A DNA stretch of 64,000 nt, taken from positions 77,335 to 141,334 of the forward strand of contig CATOTB010000006.1 of NCBI GenBank assembly GCA_951812945.1, in the 5' to 3' direction. The notes below the pieces were generated by a model. It saw only the letters and a program-made list of their open reading frames with translations. It searched no databases and was not told where the DNA came from. Shown here piece after piece: positions 48,373 to 58,661 of the stretch. The position numbers and the translations under genes were made by a program. Position 1 is the stretch's first letter; every line of letters starts with the position of its first letter. The DNA comes from Candidatus Dadabacteria bacterium. GTDB lineage: Bacteria > Desulfobacterota_D > UBA1144 > Nemesobacterales > Nemesobacteraceae.

Positions 48373-49989
48373 TTATTTGTAGATGACCAGATTTCTTCCG
48401 GCGACCAGCGTGGTTGAGGACATGTTGTTCCACCTCTTGATCTGAGAGACCGAGACCCTGTAGCGAAGCGCCAGTTCACTAAGAGTATCGCCGGGGATTA
48501 TCTTGTGGCTCATTTTCCTCGGAACGTCGCGTGGTACGTAGGTGGATGAAAGTCTCTGGGGGATAGAGAGGGTTTTTCCCGCTATTATAAGCGAGCTCTT
48601 AAGGTTGTTAGCCCTTTTTATTGCGTCGATTGAGGTTCCGTATCTTTTCGCCAGAAGGTAAATATTTTCCCCGGGACGAATTTTGTGCTTTACGTATACG
48701 AGATTTCCTCTCGAAGGTATCTTCAGTCTCTGTCCGGGACGTATTACCGAACTGGAAAGGCGATTTGCGTACTTGAGTTTCTCGACGGACGTTCCGAATT
48801 TCCTGGCTATTTTCCATAAGCTGTCATCCCGTCTCACCGTATATCTTATCGGCCTTGTCCTGAAAGGAATTTCAACGTCTTTTAAGGCAATTACTTGGTC
48901 TTGGACTGAAATGAGTTTCTCCGCGTAGTCCTTGGGGACCTTGAGCTCATAAGCTCCTCCAGGAGGAGTGGAGAGTCCTACGAGCGAGGGATTGTACTTG
49001 GAAATTTCCTTGTATCCCATGTCAAGCAGGTTGGCGATTTCCGCAATACTTTTTCTGGGCGGAACGCTCACGGCTTGATAATCCTTCTCCAGTTTTGTGA
49101 TTCTGAAGCCGTATTTCTCAGGGTCATTGGCTATTATCAAAGCGGCGTTGAATTTTGGCAGGTAGTTTCTTGTTTCCCTCGGAAGCTTTCTTGAGAGTGT
49201 CCAGAAATCGGTCGAACCCGTTTTTTTCATGGCCCTCAATACCCTTCTCTCCCCGCAGTTGTAGCCTGCGAGGGCAAGTTCCCATGAACCGAATTCTTCA
49301 TGCATTTTCTTGAGATATCTGGCCGCCGCCAGGGTTGATTTATCTACGTCCATCCTCTCGTCTACCCAGTAGTTTATTTTGAGTCCGTACTTCAGGCCGG
49401 TTGGTCTTATGAATTGCCAGAGCCCGACGGCGTTTTTTCTTGAAACGGCCCTAGGGTTAAAACCGCTTTCTATTAGAGGTAGGTACGCGATCTCTAAGGG
49501 AATTCCCTCGGAGCGGAGGATTTCCTTGATTTCCGGGAGAAATATGCCGGATCTTTTGAGAATCTCGGCGAAGTTTCTCTTCCCTTTTCCCGATGAGAAC
49601 CGGCGGATGTAATGTTCAACTCTTGAGTTTCTCTTTACCTCGAATTTTATGTTCTCGTAACTTTGTTGAGGGTTCGTGTGCCCGACTGCCGGGGTTCCTT
49701 GAGCTCCAAGCTCTATCTGGGGAACCTGCGGGATTTGCTTAGCAGATTCAGAAGATAATTGGGTTTCGGTATCGGAGTCTTTCCCCCCAATTTTTTCGAT
49801 TTCTTCGGGCTCTTCAGTTTTCTGCGCTAACTCGACGAATACGGTCTGTTCTTCTTGCGAAAACGGGGTCGGTCCCAGTAAATCCTTGCTGAATGCGGTA
49901 GTGGAATCCCATGGCAGAAAAACGGTGAAAATCGCGCAGAGTGTAAGAATTAAGTTAGAATTGATTCTGTCTGAAGTAAATTTATCCAT
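48373..49989 (-). CDS. mltD: Lytic murein transglycosylase with three LysM domains
   Basis: LIESGFNP, AVGLWQFI, AGYNCG, ETRNY; three LysM repeats. Confidence 0.9.
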   Translation of the reverse strand: MDKFTSDRINSNLILTLCAIFTVFLPWDSTTAFSKDLLGPTPFSQEEQTVFVELAQKTEEPEEIEKIGGKDSDTETQLSSESAKQIPQVPQIELGAQGTPAVGHTNPQQSYENIKFEVKRNSRVEHYIRRFSSGKGKRNFAEILKRSGIFLPEIKEILRSEGIPLEIAYLPLIESGFNPRAVSRKNAVGLWQFIRPTGLKYGLKINYWVDERMDVDKSTLAAARYLKKMHEEFGSWELALAGYNCGERRVLRAMKKTGSTDFWTLSRKLPRETRNYLPKFNAALIIANDPEKYGFRITKLEKDYQAVSVPPRKSIAEIANLLDMGYKEISKYNPSLVGLSTPPGGAYELKVPKDYAEKLISVQDQVIALKDVEIPFRTRPIRYTVRRDDSLWKIARKFGTSVEKLKYANRLSSSVIRPGQRLKIPSRGNLVYVKHKIRPGENIYLLAKRYGTSIDAIKRANNLKSSLIIAGKTLSIPQRLSSTYVPRDVPRKMSHKIIPGDTLSELALRYRVSVSQIKRWNNMSSTTLVAGRNLVIYK

Positions 49990-50075
49990 GTATGTTCGCG
50001 GTTTTGAATTAATGGTGGGGACGGCAATCCCCGAATAGAACCTTCCGGTTTATTTTTCCGTTAGTTATTTGTATA

Positions 50076-50103
50076 ATGATTATAACCACATGGTTCTAAT
50101 CAT
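50076..50103. promoter_or_regulatory. 28-bp near-perfect palindrome between divergent mltD and ddl
   Basis: ATGATTATAACCA-CA-TGGTTCTAATCAT; arms pair at 12/13. Confidence 0.5.
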
Positions 50104-50206
50104 CAAAGTATGTTGTGGGAAATTTCATAAGAACGAAACTTTTCAGCTTTTTGTTTTCCCAAGTCTTTGATAAAATTTCCCCCTTGAACACACCTGGAGT
50201 CGTGAG

Positions 50207-51319
50207 TTGAGCAAAAAAACCATTGCGGTCCTTTTCGGCGGTATTTCGGTTGAGCATGAGGTGTCGCTAGTTTCATCAAAATTTGTCATCAGTAATCTCG
50301 ATCCTTCAAAATTCTCTCTGTTGCCGATTTTCATTTCCAAAGAGGGTTGCTGGCAAAGAGCCGTTGTTGAGAACTGGCCGGAGGGGGAGACCCCCGCCCT
50401 GATTCCCAACTCCGAGATCGTACCCATGCTCCAGGGTTCTTCCCCCGGTCGTCTTGCCGAAATAATCAAAGGGGAGGTAACCAAGATCTTTTCCGTGGAT
50501 GCCGTTTTCCCCGTTCTTCACGGAACTTTCGGCGAGGATGGATCGGTACAGGGTTTGATTGACCTTATGGGTGTTCCCTGCGTGGGAGTGGATCTGCTTG
50601 GGTCTTCGCTTTGCATTGACAAGATAGTCTCAAAAACCATTCTCAGGGATAACGGTATTCCGGTTGTTTCCTTCTTTGGTTTTGCGAAAACCGGATGGGA
50701 AAATGATAAAGAAGCAATTCTCCGTCGCATAGAAGACGAGATAGGGTTTCCCTGCTTCGTAAAATCCTCAAACCTCGGTTCAAGCGTAGGAGTTTCAAAG
50801 GTGGGTTCTCCCGCGGTAATTGCCGATGCTGTGGAGGCTTCTTTTGATTTTTCTGAAAGGGTAGTCGTTGAGCGGGCCGTATTGAACCTAAGGGAAGTCG
50901 AGGTAAGCGTAATTGGAAACCAGGATCCAAAGGCATCGCTTCCCGGGGAACTCGTCGTGCAGGGAGGTTTTTATGATTACGAAAAGAAGTACCATGACGA
51001 ATCCACGGAACTTTGCATCCCCTGCGACCTTGATCAGAAGATTCAGGATGAAATCAGAACCCTCGCTCTTGCTTCCTATTCCGCTCTTTGCTGCACCGGT
51101 ATGGCGAGGGTGGACTTTCTGGTTGACGCTGATACGGAGCAGGTGTTTGTAAGCGAGATAAACACTATCCCCGGCTTTACCCCCATAAGCATGTACCCGA
51201 AACTGTGGGAGGCAAGCGGAATTCCCGTCGGGGAAATGCTCGAGATGCTGGTTGAGCTTGCGGAGCAGAGGCATCGGATGAGGAGGGAACTCAGAACGGA
51301 TTTTTCGGGCTCCCGGTAG
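50207..51319 (+). CDS. ddl: D-alanine--D-alanine ligase
   Basis: FGGISVEHEVS, LHGTFGEDG, GSSVG, EINTIPGFT; TTG start. Confidence 0.95.
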   Translation: MSKKTIAVLFGGISVEHEVSLVSSKFVISNLDPSKFSLLPIFISKEGCWQRAVVENWPEGETPALIPNSEIVPMLQGSSPGRLAEIIKGEVTKIFSVDAVFPVLHGTFGEDGSVQGLIDLMGVPCVGVDLLGSSLCIDKIVSKTILRDNGIPVVSFFGFAKTGWENDKEAILRRIEDEIGFPCFVKSSNLGSSVGVSKVGSPAVIADAVEASFDFSERVVVERAVLNLREVEVSVIGNQDPKASLPGELVVQGGFYDYEKKYHDESTELCIPCDLDQKIQDEIRTLALASYSALCCTGMARVDFLVDADTEQVFVSEINTIPGFTPISMYPKLWEASGIPVGEMLEMLVELAEQRHRMRRELRTDFSGSR

Positions 51320-51322
51320 GAT

Positions 51323-52234
51323 TCACTTGCCGAGAATGTCGTTTTTCTGTCCCCGGAAAAGTACTAGGAAGACCACTCCGGCGATTATGGAAGCTCCCCC
51401 AAGAAGTTTCGTGACCGATGGCAGGTCGTCGAAGAAGACGTGCGCGAGAATCAGCACGAAGATCGATTCCATCGGCATGACGGCTGTTGTTCTTGAGATA
51501 TCAAGAAGCTTTATGGCGTGAAACTGGCTTCCTTTGGCTATGTACGCTCCACACGCCCCTCCGCACGCCATTATGAGTGCCTGTTTGAGGTTAGGGGGTT
51601 CGAAGGTTCCGGTGAGCATTAGGTAGATGAAAAGAACTATGGAAACCCCCAGGGTTCTGAGCGTTGCCACTGTGAGCATATTAAGGTCCTGCGCTATCTT
51701 CTTTACCATGAAGGAAAGAAGGGAGTACAAAAACGCGGCTCCAATAGCCATGGCTGTTCCGAAGATGAGGTAGTCTTCTTTTTGGTAGGCAACCACAGCT
51801 CCGCCCGCCACCGTCATCACTATTCCTATGCTCTCCCCTTTGTTGAGCCTTTCCCCGAGAAAGAGTATGCCGAGCAGAAGGGCAAAAAGCGTCTGGGCTT
51901 TCATTAGGAATGAAGTGAGAGCCGGCCCGATTGTCCAGAGTGCCACCATCCACAAAGCGGCTCCGGCCGAGGTTATCACGGAACTCCAGATGAAAATGTC
52001 GCGGTACTGGCGGATTCTTTTAAGTTCCTCTCTCTGTGCGCGAAGGAAGGGGAACAGAATCAGGGCGACTATAAAAGCCCCGAAGAACCAGAAAAACGTA
52101 GTGGTTTCGGGGTGAAGGTCGCTTCGCTCAAGCGCTTTTCCTATGGCGTAGGAAAGTGCCGTGAAAAAAGCGGTGGCTATCAGAAAAAGATAGCCTTTTA
52201 TGGGGAGCCTTTCTTTTTTCTCAGTTTTGTTCAT
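51323..52234 (-). CDS. EamA/DMT-family transporter
   Basis: About 10 TM segments in two repeats; LFLGERL. Confidence 0.85.
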   Translation of the reverse strand: MNKTEKKERLPIKGYLFLIATAFFTALSYAIGKALERSDLHPETTTFFWFFGAFIVALILFPFLRAQREELKRIRQYRDIFIWSSVITSAGAALWMVALWTIGPALTSFLMKAQTLFALLLGILFLGERLNKGESIGIVMTVAGGAVVAYQKEDYLIFGTAMAIGAAFLYSLLSFMVKKIAQDLNMLTVATLRTLGVSIVLFIYLMLTGTFEPPNLKQALIMACGGACGAYIAKGSQFHAIKLLDISRTTAVMPMESIFVLILAHVFFDDLPSVTKLLGGASIIAGVVFLVLFRGQKNDILGK

Positions 52235-53171
52235 GAACGCTCCTGTTTCTCCATAACGAGGCTATTGCTCCGCCCGAGATGTTATGCCAGATGCTGAAAA
52301 GCGCGGCGGGAAGAGCGGAGAGATAACCGAAATGCAGCTGGGAAAGAGCCGCCGCGAGTCCAGAGTTCTGCATTCCCACTTCTACGGATATCGCCCTGCA
52401 ACTGCTTTCCCGAAAACCCAGTGCCTTCGCTATAAGATAACCGCATATAAGCCCCAGGGCGTTATGAATGATCACTACAACCAAAACCACGGCGCCTATG
52501 GTTTTTATGGATTCTGCGTTCAAAGCCACGATTATTCCTACGACAAGAGCTATCACCAGAGACGATACGGAGGGCAAAAAGGGCAGTACGGCCTCTGATT
52601 TTCTCCCGAACAGCTTTCTTAATATAACTCCCAGAAGTACCGGCAGCAGCACTATCTGAAGCGCGGAGATGAAAAGGTCCGCGACCGGAATATCTATCCA
52701 TTTTCCCGCATAACCGTACATCAGCGCGGGCAGCAGAAACGGGCAAAGAAGCGTTGAAACCGAAGTAAGCGTTACGGAAAGCGCAAGGTCACCTCTTGCC
52801 AGATAGGTGATCACGTTTGATGCCGTTCCCCCCGGGCACGAACCCACGAGAACGATTCCCACCGCGATCAGAGGATTTATTCCGAACGCAAGGGCGAGGA
52901 GAAAGCCCAGAAGGGGCATCACAACGTATTGAGCGCAGACGCCCACAAAAATCTCAAGCGGTCTTAAGAAAACCCTTCTGAAATCATCGATTCTGAGCGT
53001 TATGCCCATTGCGAACATTATCACCGCGAGCATTGGCACTATAAGGAATCCGAGATTCTTGAAAACGTGGGGGAAAAAATACGCGACGGCCGAGAACAGT
53101 ATTATCCAGAGGATGAAAAACCTTGTTATGAAGCCTGCAAGCGAAGTCAGGGCACTTTTTGTCGAATTCAA
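52221..53171 (-). CDS. Bile acid:sodium symporter family (PanS-like) transporter
   Basis: MFAMG, CPGGTASNV, EVGMQNSGLA, FSIWHNISG. Confidence 0.9.
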   Translation of the reverse strand: MNSTKSALTSLAGFITRFFILWIILFSAVAYFFPHVFKNLGFLIVPMLAVIMFAMGITLRIDDFRRVFLRPLEIFVGVCAQYVVMPLLGFLLALAFGINPLIAVGIVLVGSCPGGTASNVITYLARGDLALSVTLTSVSTLLCPFLLPALMYGYAGKWIDIPVADLFISALQIVLLPVLLGVILRKLFGRKSEAVLPFLPSVSSLVIALVVGIIVALNAESIKTIGAVVLVVVIIHNALGLICGYLIAKALGFRESSCRAISVEVGMQNSGLAAALSQLHFGYLSALPAALFSIWHNISGGAIASLWRNRSVHEQN

Positions 53172-53218
53172 CTTTGTTTGTTACCGTCAGGTTGCCGGGG
53201 GGCGATTGCGGTGGAGCT

Positions 53219-53617
53219 CTATCGCTTCGGCTCAACCCCGATTGCTATTTTCGAGAATCCTTGGGTTTTCGCAAGGTCCATGGTGCTTACCACAGGGCCG
53301 TGCATAGCTTCGGAATCCGCCCTTATTATTATCAGGGTGTCTTTGTTGGGTATTTTCTGAAACTCATGCTTTAGGGAGTTAGCGGAGGGCATAAGCACAT
53401 CGTTGAAATAAACTTTTCCGTCTTTGGCAATGTTTATGTTTACATCTTTTACCTCGACGATTTCGCCGGTCGCTTTCGGTAAATTGACTTTTATTCCACT
53501 TGATATGGCGAAATTAAGTGTAAGCGCAAAGAAAATAAGGAGGTTGAAAATCACGTCCACGATGGGAGCCATGTCTATGCCGGACCTGCTACCTGATTTT
53601 CTCTGTGAGAATTTCAT
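53219..53617 (-). CDS. exbD: ExbD/TolR family protein
   Basis: APIVDVIFNLLIFF, VNLPKA, IRAD. Confidence 0.9.
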   Translation of the reverse strand: MKFSQRKSGSRSGIDMAPIVDVIFNLLIFFALTLNFAISSGIKVNLPKATGEIVEVKDVNINIAKDGKVYFNDVLMPSANSLKHEFQKIPNKDTLIIIRADSEAMHGPVVSTMDLAKTQGFSKIAIGVEPKR

Positions 53618-54234
53618 AGGGATGCCTTTGCGGAAAAAGCTTCCAGTATTTTTTTGCCTTCGTCCTCAAGCTCGGAGATTATCTCCTTGAATTTTCCGTC
53701 GGTGTATTTGTAGGCTATGAGCGCCGGGATCGCTATCGTGAGCCCGAGGGCCGTCGTATAAAGTGCCTCTGAGATGCCTCCCGCGAGGGAAGGCGGATCC
53801 ACTATATCCTTCTCCGATATTACGGCGAACACTTTTATCATTCCCGATATCGTTCCGAGAAGCCCGATAAGGGTGCTTATGCTGCTTATGGTGAGCAGGG
53901 TATCGATATATTTTTCAAGGCCCTGCGCCTCGGCCTTTCCGGCTGCCTCAATGGCTTCTTCCATTTCCGCTTTCGATTTGCCTGAGTTCTGCGCGGCCGC
54001 GAGAGCTATCTTGGCTACCGCAGAATCGTTTGATGCGGAAAGGGATTTTGCCTCTTCAAGCCCCTTTGTCTCGACAGTCTTGTACAGGCTTGAAAGAAAT
54101 TCTTCGGGGAGAAGCTTTTTCCTCTGAAGTATATGAAATTTCTGAAGAAAAATCGCAAGTCCGAATATGGAACATAAAATCAGGGGGAAAATATATATTC
54201 CGCCCTTGGTAAACAGATCAATAATTGCGTCCAT
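53614..54234 (-). CDS. exbB: ExbB/TolQ/MotA family protein
   Basis: IGLLGTISGMI, GISEALYTTALGLTIAIP. Confidence 0.9.
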   Translation of the reverse strand: MDAIIDLFTKGGIYIFPLILCSIFGLAIFLQKFHILQRKKLLPEEFLSSLYKTVETKGLEEAKSLSASNDSAVAKIALAAAQNSGKSKAEMEEAIEAAGKAEAQGLEKYIDTLLTISSISTLIGLLGTISGMIKVFAVISEKDIVDPPSLAGGISEALYTTALGLTIAIPALIAYKYTDGKFKEIISELEDEGKKILEAFSAKASL

Positions 54235-54422
54235 GGGGATTTATCCTTGTAGAGAGGTTTTTGCTCCGAAGTTTAGGTTTTCGATACAACGGAACCATTA
54301 TAAAACAAATCCGGGCTTTCTCCAAGTAGAATTTATCGAGGCGTCCTACTTCGTTCGTCATCAATTGTTTTCCGCTGTTTTTTTCGGGTAGATTTTCTAC
54401 CTCGAAACCTGTGGGGGCTTAT

Positions 54423-55688
54423 ATGATGAACTCCGATTTTGAATACGTTAACGGCGAACTTTACGTGGAAAAGGTTCCCGTGAGGGAGATATGCGAGAAT
54501 CTGGGAACTCCAGCCTATATCTATAGCCACAATTCCATCAGGTCAAGCTTCCTTGAATATAAAGAGGCGTTTTCCGAAATAGACCCCCTGATCTGCTATT
54601 CCGTAAAGGCAAACTCGAATATATCCGTACTGAAGATTTTCTCCTCAATGGATTCCGGTTTCGATATAGTCTCGTCGGGGGAACTGCAGAGGGTTGTTGC
54701 CGCGAGGGGAGACGCCTCGAAAGTCGTGTTCTCGGGAGTCGGAAAGACTGAAGAAGAAATAAAGGCCGCACTTCGCTCCCGGATACTTTTTTTCAACGTG
54801 GAATCCGAAGCGGAGCTTCAGAAAATAAACGATGTGGCCATCTCCATCGGGAAGAGGGCCCCGGTCGCTATAAGGGTGAATCCTGATGTTGATCCCGACA
54901 CACATCCGTACATATCAACGGGTTTTGAGAAAAGCAAGTTCGGTATCGGAATCGAAAAAGCGGCGAATGTTTACAGAAATGCCTCGCGGATGAAGGGGAT
55001 TGAGATAAGGGGGATTGACGCCCATATAGGTTCCCAGATATTCGATCTTTCCTCCTTTTCAGAGTCCATATCGAAGCTCGTTTATCTCGCCGACAGGCTG
55101 GGGGACGACGGGATTGAAATTTCCTACATAGATATAGGAGGAGGCTTGGCGATAAGCTATGAGAGCGAGGAGAAGCCTCCGGCGAAATCCGAGTACGCGC
55201 GGGTTTTCGAAGAGCATCTTCGCGATACCAGCTACGGACTGGTTCTTGAGCCCGGAAGATCAATGGTGGGCAATGCGGGAATAATGGCCACCAGGGTGCT
55301 TTATATCAAGGAAGGGACTTCGAAGAAATTCGTAATAGTTGACGCCGCGATGAACGATCTTGTAAGGCCCGCGTTCTACGACTCCTTCCACCGCATAGAG
55401 CCGGTGCGCGGAGGAGATTCCGGACCCCCCGAGGTGGTGGATATAGTCGGCCCCATATGCGAATCCGGAGATTTTCTGGCAAGAGACAGGAGTTTCCCCG
55501 CGGTTTCCGCAGGTGAGCTGCTTGCGGTCTTCAGCGCTGGGGCCTACGGTTTTGTGATGTCGTCGAATTACAATACGAGACCCCGGGCGGCGGAAGTTCT
55601 TGTAAGCGGCGAGAGGTACTGTGAGATAAGGGCGAGGGAGACTCTCGAGGATATGCTCAAAGCCGAGAGGATCGCGGAATTTCTTTAG
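54423..55688 (+). CDS. lysA: Diaminopimelate decarboxylase
   Basis: YSVKAN, HIGSQ, EPGR, GPICESGD, GAYG..MSSNYN. Confidence 0.96.
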   Translation: MMNSDFEYVNGELYVEKVPVREICENLGTPAYIYSHNSIRSSFLEYKEAFSEIDPLICYSVKANSNISVLKIFSSMDSGFDIVSSGELQRVVAARGDASKVVFSGVGKTEEEIKAALRSRILFFNVESEAELQKINDVAISIGKRAPVAIRVNPDVDPDTHPYISTGFEKSKFGIGIEKAANVYRNASRMKGIEIRGIDAHIGSQIFDLSSFSESISKLVYLADRLGDDGIEISYIDIGGGLAISYESEEKPPAKSEYARVFEEHLRDTSYGLVLEPGRSMVGNAGIMATRVLYIKEGTSKKFVIVDAAMNDLVRPAFYDSFHRIEPVRGGDSGPPEVVDIVGPICESGDFLARDRSFPAVSAGELLAVFSAGAYGFVMSSNYNTRPRAAEVLVSGERYCEIRARETLEDMLKAERIAEFL

Positions 55689-55731
55689 TATCGGGTCTGT
55701 GGCTGCGACGCCTTGGCTTGGGGATTAAGTC

Positions 55732-57693
55732 ATGAAACAGGATTTTAATGGACTTAGGGTAACGTCTTTTGAAAGTCGCCGTTGCGAGGAGATGAAAAAG
55801 CTCATCTCTTATCATGGCGGCGTGCCCAGGGTCGCGCCCTCGATGAGAGAAGTTCCGGATCTGAAAACTCCCTACGTTGCCAGGTTTGCCGATGACCTTT
55901 TCTCGGGCAGCGTTGACCTTCTTATTCTCATGACGGGGGTTGGCACTCGGATTCTCTCCGACATGGTAACTGCGGAGTCGGGGGAAAAAGAGTATGTCGA
56001 GGCTCTGCGTGCGACAACCATTCTTGCAAGAGGTCCAAAACCCGTCGCGGCGCTTCGCAAACTGGGGCTGAGACCTGATATCACCGTTTCTGAACCGAAC
56101 ACCTGGAGGGACATCCTCTCCACTTTTGATCAAAGAGACATGTCGCTTGAGAACCTGATCGTGTATGTTCAGGAATACGGCGTTTCCAATGAGGAATTCC
56201 TCGGTTCCCTTGAAAAAAGAGGGGCGGACGTAAGAAGGATTCCCATTTACAGGTGGGCGTTGCCGGAAGATCTGGGTCCCCTGCGGGACGCGGTAAGGTC
56301 CATATCCGAGGGCGCAGAGGATTGTCTTCTGTTCACAAGCTCCCGCCAGGTATCCAATCTTTTTGAGATTGCGGGTACGCACGAACGCGGTAATGAATTC
56401 ATGGAGGGAATGAAAAAAGCTCTTGTATGCTCAATCGGGCCAACCACTACCGAGACGCTCAGAGAAAACGGAATATCCGTTGACTATGAGCCCGACAGCC
56501 CGAAGATGGGAAATCTGGTGAGAGAAGTGGCCAGAAGATCCGCGGTGCTTCTGGCGAAGAAAAGAACCGCTTTTCAGAACGGGGTTGATACCCGGAACTG
56601 GAACCGCACGCAGATGGTCTGGTCCGGGGATGGCGCGCAGGCCCAAAGAAGAGAAATCACGTCTGAAGGAGCATTTATGAAGGCGTGTCGGCTCGAGAAG
56701 GCCGATCATACACCAATCTGGATTATGCGCCAGGCGGGAAGATTCCTTCGGGAATACAGGGAGGTCCGATCCCGCGTTTCGTTCAAGGAGCTTTGCAAGA
56801 CTCCGGATATGGCTTCGGAAATCACGCTAATGACGGTTGACCGCTTGGGCGTGGACGCTGCTATCATTTTCTCCGACATACTGCTCATACTGGAACCCCT
56901 GGGGCTTTCGCTTGAGTATTCAAGCGTTGATGGTCCCGTTATAGGCAAACCTCTTCGAACCCGAAGGCGCATAGAGGCTCTTAGAGACTTTGATCCTGAA
57001 AGCATGGATTTTGTCTACCAGGCCGTGCGTACCACGAGACGGGCGCTTGACCCCGAAGTTTCGCTTCTTGGTTTTACCGGTGCTCCGTTCACAGTAGCCT
57101 CCTACGCAATTGAAGGAAGCGGCTCAAAAAATTACATCAACACGAAAAAACTCATGTATGGAGACCCTTCTTTGTGGGAAAGACTTATGGAGATCCTGAC
57201 CTCAAGCATTTCGGATTACCTTTGTGCTCAGGTGGAAGCCGGGGCCGATGCAGTGCAGATTTTCGACAGCTGGGTAGGTTGTCTCTCTCCCGCGGATTAT
57301 GAAAAGTTTGTCTTTCCGCACGTAAAAAAGCTTGTCTCAACGCTTCCGTCGGATGTCCCGGTAATATTGTTCGGAACCGGAACCGGCTCACTTCTCGAGC
57401 TCATGGGGAAGACTGGAGCTGGAGTTATCGGTCTTGACTGGAGGGTTGATATTCTTGATGGCTGGCGCAGGGCCGGCAGTTCTCTTGCGGTTCAGGGGAA
57501 TCTGGATCCCGTTTCCGTGCTCTCAACCCCGTCTCACGTTGTCGGTGAGGCAAGGAAGATACTGGACAGAGTAGGGGAGAGGCCAGGGCATATATTCAAC
57601 CTGGGGCATGGAGTACTGCCGCAGACACCGGTTGATAATGTTCTAAGACTGATTGATGAGGTTCACGAGTATTCTGCGCAAGCAGAGGAGTAG
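55732..57693 (+). CDS. hemE: Fused uroporphyrinogen-III synthase (HemD-like) and uroporphyrinogen decarboxylase
   Basis: N-terminal FESRR, MTGVG, ARGPKP, FTSS, SIGP (HemD-like); C-terminal WIMRQAGR, IFSDIL, QIFDSW, FNLGHG (HemE); one open frame. Confidence 0.9.
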   Translation: MKQDFNGLRVTSFESRRCEEMKKLISYHGGVPRVAPSMREVPDLKTPYVARFADDLFSGSVDLLILMTGVGTRILSDMVTAESGEKEYVEALRATTILARGPKPVAALRKLGLRPDITVSEPNTWRDILSTFDQRDMSLENLIVYVQEYGVSNEEFLGSLEKRGADVRRIPIYRWALPEDLGPLRDAVRSISEGAEDCLLFTSSRQVSNLFEIAGTHERGNEFMEGMKKALVCSIGPTTTETLRENGISVDYEPDSPKMGNLVREVARRSAVLLAKKRTAFQNGVDTRNWNRTQMVWSGDGAQAQRREITSEGAFMKACRLEKADHTPIWIMRQAGRFLREYREVRSRVSFKELCKTPDMASEITLMTVDRLGVDAAIIFSDILLILEPLGLSLEYSSVDGPVIGKPLRTRRRIEALRDFDPESMDFVYQAVRTTRRALDPEVSLLGFTGAPFTVASYAIEGSGSKNYINTKKLMYGDPSLWERLMEILTSSISDYLCAQVEAGADAVQIFDSWVGCLSPADYEKFVFPHVKKLVSTLPSDVPVILFGTGTGSLLELMGKTGAGVIGLDWRVDILDGWRRAGSSLAVQGNLDPVSVLSTPSHVVGEARKILDRVGERPGHIFNLGHGVLPQTPVDNVLRLIDEVHEYSAQAEE

Positions 57694-57704
57694 AAGGGGA
57701 CTTT

Positions 57705-58643
57705 ATGCGAAAGAACTTTGACGCGATAATGATGATCGGATACGGCGCCCCTGAGAGAAAGCAAGATATAATGCCCTTTCTCAGAAACGTGGCGAGCGGA
57801 AGACCGATACCTGAAGGCAGGCTGCGGGAAGTTGCCCATCATTACGAAATCTTCGACGGAAAATCTCCGCTGAACGAGTTTACGTACAGACAGGCTCAAA
57901 AACTTGAGAAGCTTCTTTCAGTGTGGGGATACAATCTTCCCGTTTACGTTGGAATGAGAAACTGGCATCCGTTCATCAAGGATTCTCTTGAGCGCATGCG
58001 GGACGAGGGGGTGAAAAATCTTATAGGTCTCATAATGGCTGTTTATCGCTCCGACGCAAGCTGGGAGAGGTACATGAGGGATGTAAGCGATGCTTGCGAG
58101 GATCTCAAGATGGAACTTCATGTGGAATATGTTCCTCCGCTTTTCAATCATCCTCTTTTCATAGAGGGTTCTGCGGCCAAGGTGATGGAGCGAATGCGCG
58201 ATATTCCCGAGGGCAGACTCGATACCACCATGCTTGTGTTTACGGCTCACAGCATTCCCAAGAGGATGTCGGATTCATCCCCTTATGCTTTACAGTTTGA
58301 AACTTCCGCCATGCTGGTGGCGGACAGAGCGGGGCACAAAAAATGGATGATTGCCTATCAGAGCAGGAGTGGCTCTCCGAACGAGAAGTGGCTTGAACCG
58401 GACGTATGCGACGTGATAGGGAACCTTGCTGACCGGGGCTTTACGGATATTGTGATTCAGCCGATAGGGTTTGTGTGCGATCATGTAGAGGTGCTTTTCG
58501 ATATAGGTGTTGAGGCAAGCGAAGCCGCGCGCGAGTGCGGGGTGAACCTTTACAGGGCCGAAACCGTAAACGATGATGACCGCTACATAAAGGCCTTGGG
58601 TGACGGGGTGCAGAGGCTCATTGATTCAGAAAACTCCCAGTAA
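57705..58643 (+). CDS. hemH: Ferrochelatase
   Basis: SPL, GMRNWHP, FTAHSIP, YQSRSG, WLEPD, FVCDHVE. Confidence 0.93.
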   Translation: MRKNFDAIMMIGYGAPERKQDIMPFLRNVASGRPIPEGRLREVAHHYEIFDGKSPLNEFTYRQAQKLEKLLSVWGYNLPVYVGMRNWHPFIKDSLERMRDEGVKNLIGLIMAVYRSDASWERYMRDVSDACEDLKMELHVEYVPPLFNHPLFIEGSAAKVMERMRDIPEGRLDTTMLVFTAHSIPKRMSDSSPYALQFETSAMLVADRAGHKKWMIAYQSRSGSPNEKWLEPDVCDVIGNLADRGFTDIVIQPIGFVCDHVEVLFDIGVEASEAARECGVNLYRAETVNDDDRYIKALGDGVQRLIDSENSQ

Positions 58644-58661
58644 TAAGTAAGATAGTCTGGT

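Noticed and set aside
48366-48479. N-terminal extension of the ogg ORF in the track
   Set aside because: Overlaps mltD; ATG 48365 gives the expected size.
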